A stretch of 62,880 nucleotides of DNA, the filler included, from Atractiella rhizophila (lineage: Eukaryota), in the NCBI GenBank assembly GCA_021432655.1. It is 5 parts of 5 records of this genome, joined end to end, with 100 filler letters (N's around TTAATTAATTAA, not from the genome) between each part and the next. Parts side by side here need not be neighbours in the genome. Positions count along the whole stretch, not along the records: positions 25,309 to 55,899 come from MU271327.1; positions 56,000 to 61,308 come from MU271330.1; positions 61,409 to 62,880 come from MU271345.1; 2 more parts are not named here. One strand, given 5' to 3'. Each line of letters opens with the position of its first letter. Within the stretch, counting starts at the first letter, position 1. Positions 50,800-62,880 of the stretch are shown here, piece by piece. Position numbers and translations under genes: made by a program. Below the pieces are notes generated by a model that was given only the letters and a program-made list of their open reading frames with translations, had not been told where the DNA came from and did not search any database.

Positions 50800-53580
50800 T
50801 CAACGGAGCCTTCTATCTGAAAGTGATACCTTCTTCGTCTCCAGACTCCATAGAGCATCTTCGAATAAGTCCTCTTTCTGCTTTCTCTCCCTCCTCGCTC
50901 TCACGGCCTGGATGCCACCCGATGGAGTCGTCGCGCTATCTGCAGTCGACGGTCGACTCTTCGCACGTGCCGTCCGAGGAGGTTCATAGTCAAATGGCAT
51001 TTGACTCGCTGGACTCCTGGGGCTCTTTGGTATCAACGAGAAAGCGCTATATGTTGGACTTTGCAAGTTTGACATAGGACTATGAGGAAGCTCGGGATCT
51101 GAAGAGGCAGCTGAACCTGGTAGGCTGCGACCAACATTTGAACCAACAAGCGATCTGGGACTGAGGGGTGGTTGCGGCTCGAGAGGCGGGGGGATTGGTT
51201 TCGTTTTCCGATATGAGTCCGTGTCGGAATACAGGCTCGCAGAATATAAGCTAGTCATCGCAGTGCTTCTCCCCGTGGAAGCGGACGAGGTAGTCCCACC
51301 TGTTGAAGGACGTGGTCGATTTCGTGGACGAGGAGGGGCGGGGAGCGCAGTCCGGAAGTCCCGTTCGTGGCGCGAAGAGGAGGAAACACGAGGTGCCATC
51401 ATTGGTGAGTAAGGCGGGAACTCTTCCATTCGCCTCATTATCCTGCCTCCAATGTCAGCTTCGGAGAGCAAAAAGGCCCTCAAACTCACTCTTCGTTTCT
51501 CACGATGGGCTTGTTAATCCCAGCGTCCTCTTTCTCCACTGTCCAGCTCTTTCCAGGGCCCAAAGCCAGAAAATTAGTTTGCGCAGGTGCAACTCTCGCC
51601 TCTGTCGCACTCCTTTCCCTTCCCCTCCCTCCTCTGTCTCTCTCCCGCTCCCTCCTCCCACTGGCATAGGTCTCCACATCGCTCCTCCTCCCTCCTCCAT
51701 ACCCCGATGACTCTGCCCTTCTTCTCGGTGGTTTCCGCGCATCCCTCCCAGGTTCGCTCCTGAAGCTAATGTTACTGTCGTACTCCCTATCCATATCCTT
51801 TCCATAATTAGGAAAAGCCTCTCTCAGCGGATCTGGAACTCCTTTATCACGGAACGAGACTTCAAGATTGATACCAAACATCCCAAAGACTCCTCCCTTC
51901 GTGCTGAGCTTCTCTGGCCGCTCGCTGCGCATCGGAGTTGAAGGGACTGGCGGGACAGGAGGAGCGGGAACGGATGGTAAGTCCTGTGGCTGAGCTTGAG
52001 GAGTCGAGAGAGTTGCCGATGACTTTTTGCGCGTGAGAACATTCGCAAGTCTCGAGAAAGGGCTAGTGGACTTGGAGCTGGTGGAACTGTCGGCGATGTC
52101 CATGGGGGAAGATTGGATGGGAGACACCTGTGGGGGATAGTGTGCTTGGGAGATTGTGAGTTGAGAAGAGGAAGCAGGAAGCATGGGAGTCGGTGAGGCG
52201 TTGGCGGAGGTGTTCGCTCTTCTCCGTGAGAAGTAGGTGGAGGATTGCTTCCGCAACTTCCCTCCTGGGCTGGAACCGTCCAATGCTGAATTAGGGCTGG
52301 ATCCGGGCACCCATTCTTCCCTCGCTCTGTCCCTCTCCGCATCCGTGAGCATTGAGTTCGTACGACTGTTCAGAGTCGCCCTTCTAGACCGTGCGATGTC
52401 GAAATCGTCACCTGACGAAAAATCGTCTCCTCCAACCAAACCGCTAGGAGTAGGCATAGCTTCCTCCCTCCCAAAAGGGAGTCCAAGTCCCACCACCCTC
52501 TTGAAGTGACCACTAGCCTTTTTCCCTAAGGTCTTGACGACACCTGAACCAGCACCGGTGACAGCAAAATCCGAGGGGTTGAAATTAGGACTAGACTGGA
52601 TGAGAGGCGATACTATCGGGGTACTCTCCGAGCGGCTGAGGAGGTGAACGTGATGATGTGGGTGGAGTTGCTGTGCATAGATTCCTGATGGTGGGGACCC
52701 GATTGGATCCTCATACGCCGCCCGCGAGTCGCGCGATGACGATCGTTCTACCCGCTTCACTTTCTCCGGTGCTGTGCTTGGTCGCCGCTCGTCCCTCTCC
52801 CTATCTTCCTGCCCCAATCCGTGCGGGAGGTCGGCGTTTGTGCCATCTTCGTCTCGATAGAAACTTGTGCGAGTGCCTTCCACTGAAGCGCGTGACGAAT
52901 GCGCAGGCTTAGATATAAGCCGCTTGTATGCAATAGGCGAAGCGGTGGGAGGTAGACTGGACTTCCGCGTCGAGGATAGGGACAAAGAAGAGGATGGAGG
53001 GGATGGTGGGGCGAACTCAACCACATTCTTCGGTGAAGAGGGAGAAGAAAATGAACGTCGGATCGGCGGTGGAGAGAGGACATAGGGTTTGAGTTGGTTG
53101 GAAGTGGAGGGTATGGGATCAACGGGAAAAGCGTGGCTAACTGGACTCGATGACAGTGAGCTTGTTGACGATGTTGACTCCCCTAAGATGCTCTCAGATT
53201 CCCTTCAATGACCCGGAATGTTAAGACAGCGCACCATGTGTATGCCTCCTCATGGGATGGTTCCCACCGACAGCTCCGAGACTAGCGGAGCTCCCGAGAC
53301 CCCTCTTCATCTCCCCATTCCCTCCTCCAGCTCCTCGTTCCATCCTCGAAGTGATGTCATCATGAAGGATCAAAGGCGGTGGTATCCGTTTGATGCTTCC
53401 GGACTTCGAGAAGGTTATTGAGCTGGTAGTCGGCGCCGGCGAAGGTTCTGGGTCGCTCTCTGCGTCGTTATCAGAGAAGAATACCTGACCCTGTCTCCTT
53501 CGTCGGACGGTGTCGTCGTCCATAGAATAACCGCGGGGAAAGATTGAAGGTGTTGTCGCAGTTGGCGGATGTCGAGACAT
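50800..53580 (-). CDS. Hypothetical Ser/Pro/Arg-rich protein, about 3 exons
   Basis: ORFs 53221-53580, 51486-53024 and 50800-51489 can be joined by short GT-AG introns. Confidence 0.7.
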
Positions 53581-55999
53581 GGTTCCCTTGTTAAGAAGGT
53601 AAGAGACATGTCAGTAACCTACTAATAATCCATGTAATATTGGAAAAGGTGCCTACCGCATCACTCATGAGCGGTTGGGGAGAAAATTGGGGCGAGTACA
53701 AGAAAAGATGTTGGTGGTTCTGAGGTCGTGAGAGGTTGATGACTTTTAACGATGATGACAAGGTCGGGCTTTGCATCTCCCAACTTTCCTCTAACCTGGG
53801 ATTATACTCTCTGCCCATATTCGTGTGTCTTCTTCCTGCGGTTCTCTTCCCTTTTCTTGCAAACTTGTTCGTGAAGCAATCCCTGGGATTTTACCTCGCT
53901 AGTTGTCGACTTTTCACAGGATTTGGGCTAATTTCTGGGGCAAAAGAGATAAATGCAATCCAAGGTCGGCCTAAATCATTCACTTATCGAAGCAAGCTTT
54001 CGCAGTCGCAGGGCAACGATCTGATATCTCGCAAGTTGAAATTCGGAACGCGGTTGAGCGAGAGGCAAAGATTGTCTCTAACCGTCTCCTCGCCTTGTCA
54101 TCACAAATAGGGCACGCGTTCTCTCCCACGCTGCCTTCCTGCCGCTTCAATCTCTTTCCAACCCAATTTCCTCCGCCCACGTCCGTCACACAGGAATTCT
54201 TCTTCATTAATCCGATTGATCCCCACCGAATTAAGTCAGGCCCGTACGGATCAGACAGGTGTGGGTCTCGCACGTTCCTCGCTCAGTGCCGTTGGCACAT
54301 TGAGGACTTAGAAACCATCCCGACAGAAGGTATTGACCTCCGCATGGGCACAAAGTGGATACAGTTGGGACCTCGCGTTCTCTCGGAGAAGCGGCGGGAC
54401 GAGAGCATTGCAACTTGAGAGGGTCGGCGACGAGCGGGATGATGAACGGCTCGGTAGGGTTGAAGATTCTACCGGATTTGTTGTTGCTGTCAATTGGAGG
54501 CTTGCCGCAGTAGGATATGATAATANNNNNNNNNNNNNNNNNNNNNNNNNNNNNNNNNNNNNNNNNNNNNNNNNNNNNNNNNNNNNNNNNNNNNNNNNNN
54601 NNNNNNNNNNNNNNNNNNNNNNNNNNNNNNNNNNNNNNNNNNNNNNNNNNNNNNNNNNNNNNNNNNNNNNNNNNNNNNNNNNNNNNNNNNNNNNNNNNNN
54701 NNNNNNNNNNNNNNNNNNNNNNNNNNNNNNNNNNNNNNNNNNNNNNNNNNNNNNNNNNNNNNNNNNNNNNNNNNNNNNNNNNNNNNNNNNNNNNNNNNNN
54801 NNNNNNNNNNNNNNNNNNNNNNNNNNNNNNNNNNNNNNNNNNNNNNNNNNNNNNNNNNNNNNNNNNNNNNNNNNNNNNNNNNNNNNNNNNNNNNNNNNNN
54901 NNNNNNNNNNNNNNNNNNNNNNNNNNNNNNNNNNNNNNNNNNNNNNNNNNNNNNNNNNNNNNNNNNNNNNNNNNNNNNNNNNNNNNNNNNNNNNNNNNNN
55001 NNNNNNNNNNNNNNNNNNNNNNNNNNNNNNNNNNNNNNNNNNNNNNNNNNNNNNNNNNNNNNNNNNNNNNNNNNNNNNNNGATCAACAGACAACACACAG
55101 TGAAGGAACACTTTGACAACTGGCTTCCAAGGTTGCAGCGGCCAGATTGAACAATCAATAGATCATTTGAACGCGGTTAACAGCGCAAAGTTATGACAAG
55201 AATGTTCTGGACTTGTTGAGGGCATGTTGCTCCATGCAATCCTAACAGTATTGATGACGGAGTTCCGCCTACGGTTTGAGGGAAACGTCAAAGAAACAAC
55301 GGACGGGACTTTTCATGACTTTTAAAGTCAACGCCCGCATTCATTTGCTGTACCTTCCTTACATGCACTTCCTCCATGTTAGCGCTTCTGGCTCTGCCAT
55401 GAAAAACGTGTTGACCGGCTTCCCGCTCCTGAAGTCGTGCTGCAAAAGAAGAGAAGTATGCATGCACAGTGATGCATGCAAAAACTGGCATGGACACGAA
55501 CGCGACGACATTATTCAAAATACTGTTTACGCGGCTCCGATTCCCGTCCGCTCTGCTGCGGGAAAACAGCGCAGGAAACAGCATATGTGATCCAATGATT
55601 AGATATCAATATTAGTTCATCAATATTAGTTCAATATTGATCAATTTCCACGGCTGAATGTTAGGTGGTAAATATTGCACCAACCTCAAATCTTCTCGAT
55701 AGATAATATGGCCATATTTTGGCGCGGCGTTATAATCGAGCGCACAACAAGGAGAACGTTTCAAAACTCAGGTATACTGCACACGGTACCCTTCGTGACC
55801 TTGAATTTCTTGCGTTCTGGATTGGTTTTGAGCGAATTCGTCGATCCAGCGAAAGACTTCATGATGCCACTGTAAGGAGTTCTTCGGGTTGAGGACCTGN
55901 NNNNNNNNNNNNNNNNNNNNNNNNNNNNNNNNNNNNNNNNNNNTTAATTAATTAANNNNNNNNNNNNNNNNNNNNNNNNNNNNNNNNNNNNNNNNNNNN

Positions 56000-58900
56000 G
56001 AAGTCTACTCACCAAAGTTCCCCAGAGCACGGACGCAGTGAAAAATGTGTTTGCGCCAGGGCAAGTGAAACGGTCCTTTTGAAGAGGATCACACACGTTT
56101 TCAATACTCGTCATTTGCCAGTTACTGCAGACATCGGCGTGTTATTCCTGCGTTACATGGTTTGGAGAAATTCCTCACATAATAGAGATAGTGACAAAAG
56201 CTAAATATTCCATTAGCGGCTAAAGACAAAGATTAGATAGAAAGTCTCACTAGAGGCGAGAGTTGCAATCATTTGACACCAAAATGTAATCCTCGGAGGG
56301 ATGTGCTATACAACGTTTTGAGTTTTCATTTCTTTGCACATTGAGTGGCTTACGGAGTAATGTGCCAGTTTAAGATCTTGGGCGAAGGCGAGGGTATGGG
56401 CGGTCGTAACATATCCTGAATTCAAATGGTCTTCAGTAAACATTTTGACGCTGCAATGTTTGCCCACCATAGGTCTTGAAGAAGTTCATGGACAGCGCGT
56501 CACCTAACAACTGGTCAGAAGTTACCTTCGTGGAGGGTCAAATTATAAGTACCCGGGAACCACAATCCTCCACTAGTTGATGATTCAGGTCAAGGTAAAT
56601 GAGAAAGAATGAGTGACGAACAAGAATTCGGCCAACACCTTTGTCTGAATTCAGTTTTGATCATAAAGAAACTAATAACACGCACATTGAGTGTAACTTC
56701 AACATTGGTGATGGATTTGATGATGCCAATCGGTACGCAGAAGATGAGCGCTAGAATATGTATCAAAACGCCTTCTCCGTCAAGTAGGTTCACAACGAAC
56801 CGAGCGCAAGACCATAGAGGACAACGGCCGGCTATATAATGCTTCAATGACCCTCCAGGAACTGATGAACAAAGTACTTGAGCATGGGTGGGGTATGCAG
56901 CGATTCCGGCGGCACCAATGCCAATGGAAACGCAGAGAACAATGAAATACCACCTTACCCAGACTCGTCAACTCACAATCACTTGACAGATTAGAAACAC
57001 CTACCATTCAGGTGTTTCTTTGTATTTGGACATCAACTTCATGTGGCTATACAATCGTAAGCGATCCGAAGCCACAAGTGGATTTTTACTCACATGTCGT
57101 CAGCATCTGCGAAAGCGCTTCGGCGCCTCAACAAGTTCCTGAGACCGTAGACGATCTCATGGCGATGATAAAGGATACTGTGAGTTATGGTGCTGGTGTA
57201 GGCGGCAAAGAAGAAGCCTGGAGACATTAATGTCAAGCTCTCGCCTCCTCTGGTCGGATCCCATCTCACCATAGACCTACGGCGGGTCAGTTTTTGATTG
57301 GAGTCATGGGAGTATGCTCACCAACGACTGGGAGGCAGCCAGGTAAGCGGGGGAGTACTGCTTATAGGCTTCTAGGTCGAAATGACCAGCATCATTTACA
57401 ATCCTGGATACGTTGTACCTCTTGCCGGTATTATCGTATACTCCGTTGGAATTTAGGGGGAGATACGACGTATAGAAGGTGTTGGTGAAGTAGACAGCTA
57501 GGATAACCTGAACCATATCGTCAGAGAAGGTCATTTGTCGAACTGACTGCTAACCGGGAAGGCGATCAGTTTTCCAGCGAAGTTGTTGACAGTTGCGTAG
57601 AAAGGATTGACCAACTACAGTGAGGGATCAGAGTTTACATATTAGTATATCAAAGAGCGCACAGGATCCACAGCCTGAAAATTCCAATCCCAGGAGGGAA
57701 AAGGATTCAATCCGAGGCCGGTGTTGAGGCCAGTGATCCAAGCGAGTTTCTTATTCTGTCGTGGCAATTTAGTGTCACTGAGACTCAAAAGAAAGGCAAA
57801 AAGGCGAACATTGGGGGCAATCCAAGTCGTCCAGTTGAAGTAGGTCAAAGATTCGCAGATGAAGTTAGGGAACCAGAAGTAGACAAACATCCCTTGCACC
57901 TCAATGAGGAGTCCATTCCAGCGAGTCAAGCTGGCCGCTCACCTCCGAAGCAGTAGGTAAAGTACCTCATTCTGCTGACGCGCCAACCACCTGGTGGAAT
58001 CAGTGTAAATGGTTCGTACTATTCACATTGACTCGAAACTCACCTTCTACAGCTGTAGAGCTGTCACGTTCATGGAAGGCCCTATTGAGCGCAATCGTCG
58101 CCAGATTATGCGGCCAGATACTACCACGGCCATTAACATCAACAGAAAGACCAAATAAAAGTCGAATACAACACACCTGATGACTGGGTAGACTAAGAAG
58201 CGCCGCGTAAGACCAGCAAGACCGTAACCAATGAAATTGGTCGATAAAGCCGTCGTGATTTGATATCCATAGTCTAGAGCCCACTTCTGTCCAAAGAATC
58301 GATCGGGGTACTGGACCCAGAGAATGTACGCAGTGTAAGGCGTGTTGAATCCCACGTTAGCCATGATGGTGATAACCATGTGCTAGATTTTGAAATGATC
58401 AGAATATCACATTATGATGATTGGAAAGGAATACCTCTTTCTTGCTGAAAGGACCAGGATTTAGGCTCCACTCATAACCAAAAGTGTTGAAAACAGTCGA
58501 AGGGAGAACCCGAGCCAAGAAAGCACCAGCAGGGTAAGCCAGGATCTGAGCCACATTGGAGTTGACGTAGATGGAGGGGAATCGAATGCTAAGAGCTTCG
58601 GTCAGAATGTGAACAACTTTGAGCTGGAGTGAACATACCTAAAGAATTGGTTGATGAAGGCACCTGAAGGGAAGCATGAGAAAGGATTTATTAATGAAGA
58701 ATGGATCCTACCAGCTGCAACGTAGACGATGCCAATAAGCCAAGTCCTTGCTGTGATACAGGGTTCATTCGGATCGTCATGGTTGTCCACCACTGCCCTG
58801 ACCTCCATGTAAGGAGAATCTGTCCGACGAATCCCTTGAGCACGTGACAAGAAAGCAACCCAAAAACCGACTGATGGTGATCAGAGCCATTTCAACCTTC

Positions 58901-59362
58901 AACTCGCTCCAGGCCAAAGGATCGGTCGCCCTTAAGTCTTCATTCAGCGACCGGATGATGAGATCCATGGCTTTTGGAGGGAAGTTTGGATCCTTTCCAT
59001 GCATCTCATGAATGAAGCGTGCCTTCTCCCTGCAGACAAATATGGTGAGCGTGATCACCTGCAATAAAACAAGCTACGGACAGAACCTCCTCATCTGACA
59101 TCGTCTTCGCAAATTCTGCGGCCTCAGCGACATCAGATGGGATTGCCTGTTGACCTGTCAATGCTGGTGTTACAAACGAGAGAGCGAGGCAATACCCCAA
59201 TATCGCGAGCTGCGACCTCTTGGACGTCCTATTCAACAGCGTATACCTCAAAACTAGCCAATGAAACGGGAGAAAAACGGAACATACAGCGACTCCATCG
59301 GCTGCTTTCTCGTCCAAAGACTTATCGTCTTCGTAAACGTTCTTCTCAAGTCTGGAATCCAT
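56000..59362 (-). CDS. OPT-family oligopeptide transporter, 3' end lost in gap
   Basis: SPYMEVRAVV..DDP, NPGPFSKKEH, IGYGLAGLTRRFLVYP, YFWFP, GLGLNP..WDWN, YDNTGKRYNVS, PEWWY, FTCPG...ASVLWG. Confidence 0.93.
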
Positions 59363-61408
59363 CTTTACCTATACCTTCTGGCACTTTCTCTGACAAACGC
59401 CGGTTGGGAGGGGAAGGAGAGCCTGAGACGCAACTTGAAAGAGGATGGGGAGGACATTATAAGACATTTCTGTGATTCTCAAGCACCGGTGGAGTGGCTG
59501 TCGAGCAGCGTGTGCCAATTGACTGAAAGGTCTTGACTCTGGAGATTGCTTCTCTTCCAATCAATCGAATCCCATCCTCCGACGCGGGTATCTTATCTCA
59601 TGCGCTGGCAATATCGCGCCGTCTCGCGTTTATCGTGTGCCTTCTTCAGTTGGAGTACTTAGGTTTCAACAGCCAAGAGATGTCGAAAGCAAGGTTTCGT
59701 CCTTTTGTCACCTTTTGTAAACGCGTAACTTGTCTCAATTGAAAGCCAAGGACGATAAGAATCTGGTGGGAACGGCAAATCGCGCAGTCGCGGAGCGGGG
59801 GAAGGCAAACTGTAGTCTCGCAATTAAACATTTGCACGTGGTGTGGCACATCCCGTGACTCTATAATAGAAATGTTGCACAAAACTGGGTAGAGCAGAGA
59901 CATAGCAGAGCGTTGGGATGTGCATTGTGAGACTGATGAGCCCTCATAACGTTGTTCTGAGTGCTGGTTACTACCTTGAATTGTCAACCGGCGTGCTCAG
60001 CAGCCAACCCGAGGTTTGAATACGAGGACAGGATTTAACCGCATTGCTCCCCGAGAGGAGGCTCTCCCACCGAGGATATGTCCATTCATGTCAAAAAATA
60101 TCTACTTCGTCTGCGATAGAAACGCGGGTGATTTTCACCATATCGTAAACCCGCTGATAACGGGATCCCTCTCTCCTCCTCTTCACTCGCAAAATGAAAT
60201 GAAAAGACGAAGTAGGGCTTGTTCCCCTTCTCTCCACTACATTTGTAAGTGGGTTCATTTGAGTTGGGATCGCTCTCGCTATCACCTCACTCTTAGGAGC
60301 TTTCATCGCTCCTTCCAATTCCACTCCAAGCTTTTCTTCTTTCCTGTCACAAGACGACTTGATAAGCTTAATCTCCTAGTTCACCCCGCTGCATTGCAGT
60401 ATTCCAAAGTGTTCACACGGAACGAGGGACCGTTCAGGTGTTCGTGATGTATTACTTCTCTCCGCCTCCTTCAAACACTTTGGGAGGCATCCAAGGAGCT
60501 TGGAAGTGGATATAAAGAGAGCAAAGGAAAGAAGACGTATTCATGACAGCGAGCCTCAGCGTCTAGTGATGACCATCCTGATGAACCAGAACAACGGCAG
60601 AACAGTAACGTTGTAGTAGTGCACCTGGAAGACAAAGATACTGGGTCTTTGATACTCTGTCCTTCACTCTGGGTAAAGCAGTCGTTCCTCAATCAATACG
60701 AAGCCAAGTTTTCCTCTCGTCGATAGGAAGAAGTCAACGGAAAATTAGAAAATGGTAGATGAGACTTCCATCCTTTTATGCCGAGGACGAATACTTTCAC
60801 TGCATATTGGTTGCACAATCTAGAATGGATGGTGGCAAATACAGACTTCTAAGTCAATCAATAATGAGGAGAACAACTTTGCTCTGTCTCCTGCTTCGTT
60901 TTGTCTACAATGGCTTACTGGAACAGAAAAAGCAATGCACTGAGACAGAAAATTGTTTTAGATTCATTGTTTTCGCATATTGCAAGTGCACAAACTATTA
61001 TCTGATCCGCAATCCACGTCTATTGCGACAACCAAAACACATTTCAATTCCTGTCTGATGATTTAGTCTTGAAAATTGGAGTTTAACCCTTCTGTGCGCC
61101 TCTCTCAGGCGAGTTGACTGCTTACAAATTCTAACATACTTCTCAGAAGCTGGGTGGATAGATGATTGAAATCCCTGAACACATGTTTTATATATGTTGG
61201 ACAGTCATATCCCTGACGCGTAATTTAGACATTTGCTCGGGACGTACCACATCAACTAACTCAGCAACTCTCCTATACTTCAGTCCACACTTTCATTGCA
61301 CTTCCCTCNNNNNNNNNNNNNNNNNNNNNNNNNNNNNNNNNNNNNNNNNNNNTTAATTAATTAANNNNNNNNNNNNNNNNNNNNNNNNNNNNNNNNNNNN
61401 NNNNNNNN

Positions 61409-62880
61409 ATGGGGAGACAAATGGAAGAAGCGCTGCAAAAGGCGACGAGGACAAAGCAGAACCTCAGGAGATTATCGAGGTTAACGTCAGCGGTAAAAAG
61501 GTCAAGCTGAATGAGCAAATCCAACTCTACGCTACAAACGAACAAGTACGCCCTTTGTTCGAGGCTAAGGATGTGTCGCTGAGTTTGCTGATCAGCTTTC
61601 GAATCCCTTCGTCTCTCCAGTCTTCCAACCATCTCTAGGAGGACTCCCTCCTATGCTTGTCGTATGATGCCCTTTGTTTCTTATAGGGGCAATGCTGACT
61701 TTATTTATTATCAGATCGCTGGGAACAACGAAGTTCTGCGAGACGAAATCGTATACTTAGCCCACCGAGCTGCGAACCCCGCAGGATATCCACTTCGTGA
61801 GGCATTAAGACAATCATCTTCACAGCATGGAGAGCTACCCCCCACGAAAGTCCACCTCCAAGTCTATGGTTAGTCATTTGCGGCCCTGCGCTTGAACATT
61901 GACCAAATTGAATCAGACGACGCCCCACATGTCCTGCCCCTTTTCAGTTTCACAACACCGGTGCGTTCCGCCTTTCCCTTCGCGCGACTCTTTGATATTC
62001 TGTGCCAGGCCAAATATTGTTATCGATCAATAGCCAGTTTTTGCGTTTGGGGTTCGCCTGTTCTTCCTTCTCTCCTTGAGCGAACTTCTGAAAACATGTT
62101 TAAGCGACATCGCAGCATACGTTCAACGAAGAGGCAACCACAAATGAAAGGATTTCAAAAAGCTCCACAGCCGAGTGGAAAGACGAACCAACCATGTCTA
62201 CAGCTACTAATAGCTCAACTTCCAAAGCAGTCACACTCGAAAAGTCACGATCGACCAGCAGAAAGGAACGATTCTCTGCTGTGCTTGACCTCCATCGCCA
62301 TTCCCACATGTTCTCCAAAGAACTTGCATCATCACCTTCGCAACTTTCTGCCCGAACAGAAGAAACAGAAGGCAGCAACTATGTTCAACACCCTCAGTCT
62401 AAACCAGAAAGTAATCCATTTAGGAAGCTGCCAAGCGACCTCGAGCAAACCATCTACTCGGCTCAGCTACCGATGAATCGTCCAGACTTCAAGGACAACA
62501 TGATACGAGAACGCGTCTCTATTAAAGGGGTAATCCGACCTCTCGAAAATACATCACAAATTCGATGTCTCAATTTGGATCCCGAGGATATTGGAATCAT
62601 CAAAGAAGGCCCAGTGAGGAGGTACTTGGACGGGAAGAAGGACTGGGATCAGAAATATCGGCGTGTCTACCTCAGGATTCAGAGGAAGCGAGAACACAAT
62701 GTCAAACGGGCAACAAGAGAAGAATTGGAGCGAATCAAAGCAAGACTGAAAAATCTACGCCATGGAAGTTTTTCGAGCTCAAATCAGGATCAGGGGCAAA
62801 ACATGGAGTCTGAGGACTTCGAAATCGAGTTTGGTGGCGCAACTGCGCGGGAAGCCCCGCCTCCTTCTTCAATTGCCGCT
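61409..62880 (+). CDS. C-terminal part of a fungal alpha/beta-hydrolase-3 (lipase/esterase); 5' end in gap, runs off the window
   Basis: QIQLYATNEQ, GLPPMLV|IAGNNEVLRDEIVYLAHRAANP, PPTKVHLQVY|DDAPHVLPLFSFT, AKYCYRSIASF, MIRERVS, PPPSSIAA. Confidence 0.8.

Noticed and set aside
54231..54525. Cys-rich minus-strand frame next to the 555-N gap
   Set aside because: Too truncated to assign; could be the end of a gene lost in the gap.
1..62880. CRISPR arrays, tRNA/rRNA genes, intact transposase or reverse transcriptase ORFs
   Set aside because: None recognised by eye; no covariance search could be run.

Overview
This is intron-rich fungal nuclear DNA; the protein families and ~50-nt GT-AG introns suggest a basidiomycete (inference). 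Bases 1-5.6 kb are a CpG-poor field of decayed LTR-like repeats around a broken trypsin-like protease gene. A compact housekeeping region follows: Ulp1-type SUMO protease, UTP7, FunK1-type kinase, a head-to-head HisRS/mitochondrial TrpRS pair, Ric8, UTP14, APC4-like and a thioesterase. Next come a 2.46-kb tandem duplication carrying two RPS14 copies, ERG26 with a 1.68-kb repeat/poly(A) intron, a divergent histone H3 variant, an aldo-keto reductase, carboxypeptidase S, an OPT transporter and an esterase fragment. Three observations stand out. (1) About 40.0-42.05 kb is 'mirror' DNA (reversed, not complemented). It hides a spliced Zn2Cys6 transcription factor invisible to six-frame translation and is most likely a gap-filling artefact. 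(2) The H3 variant is non-centromeric, with a rewritten N-tail, no K27, K36 or K56, and a ~50-aa RG-rich C-terminal extension. (3) The two tRNA synthetases start 80 bp apart, and a candidate UUG start could supply the missing TrpRS mitochondrial presequence. Gene boundaries were derived by hand and are approximate where stated.
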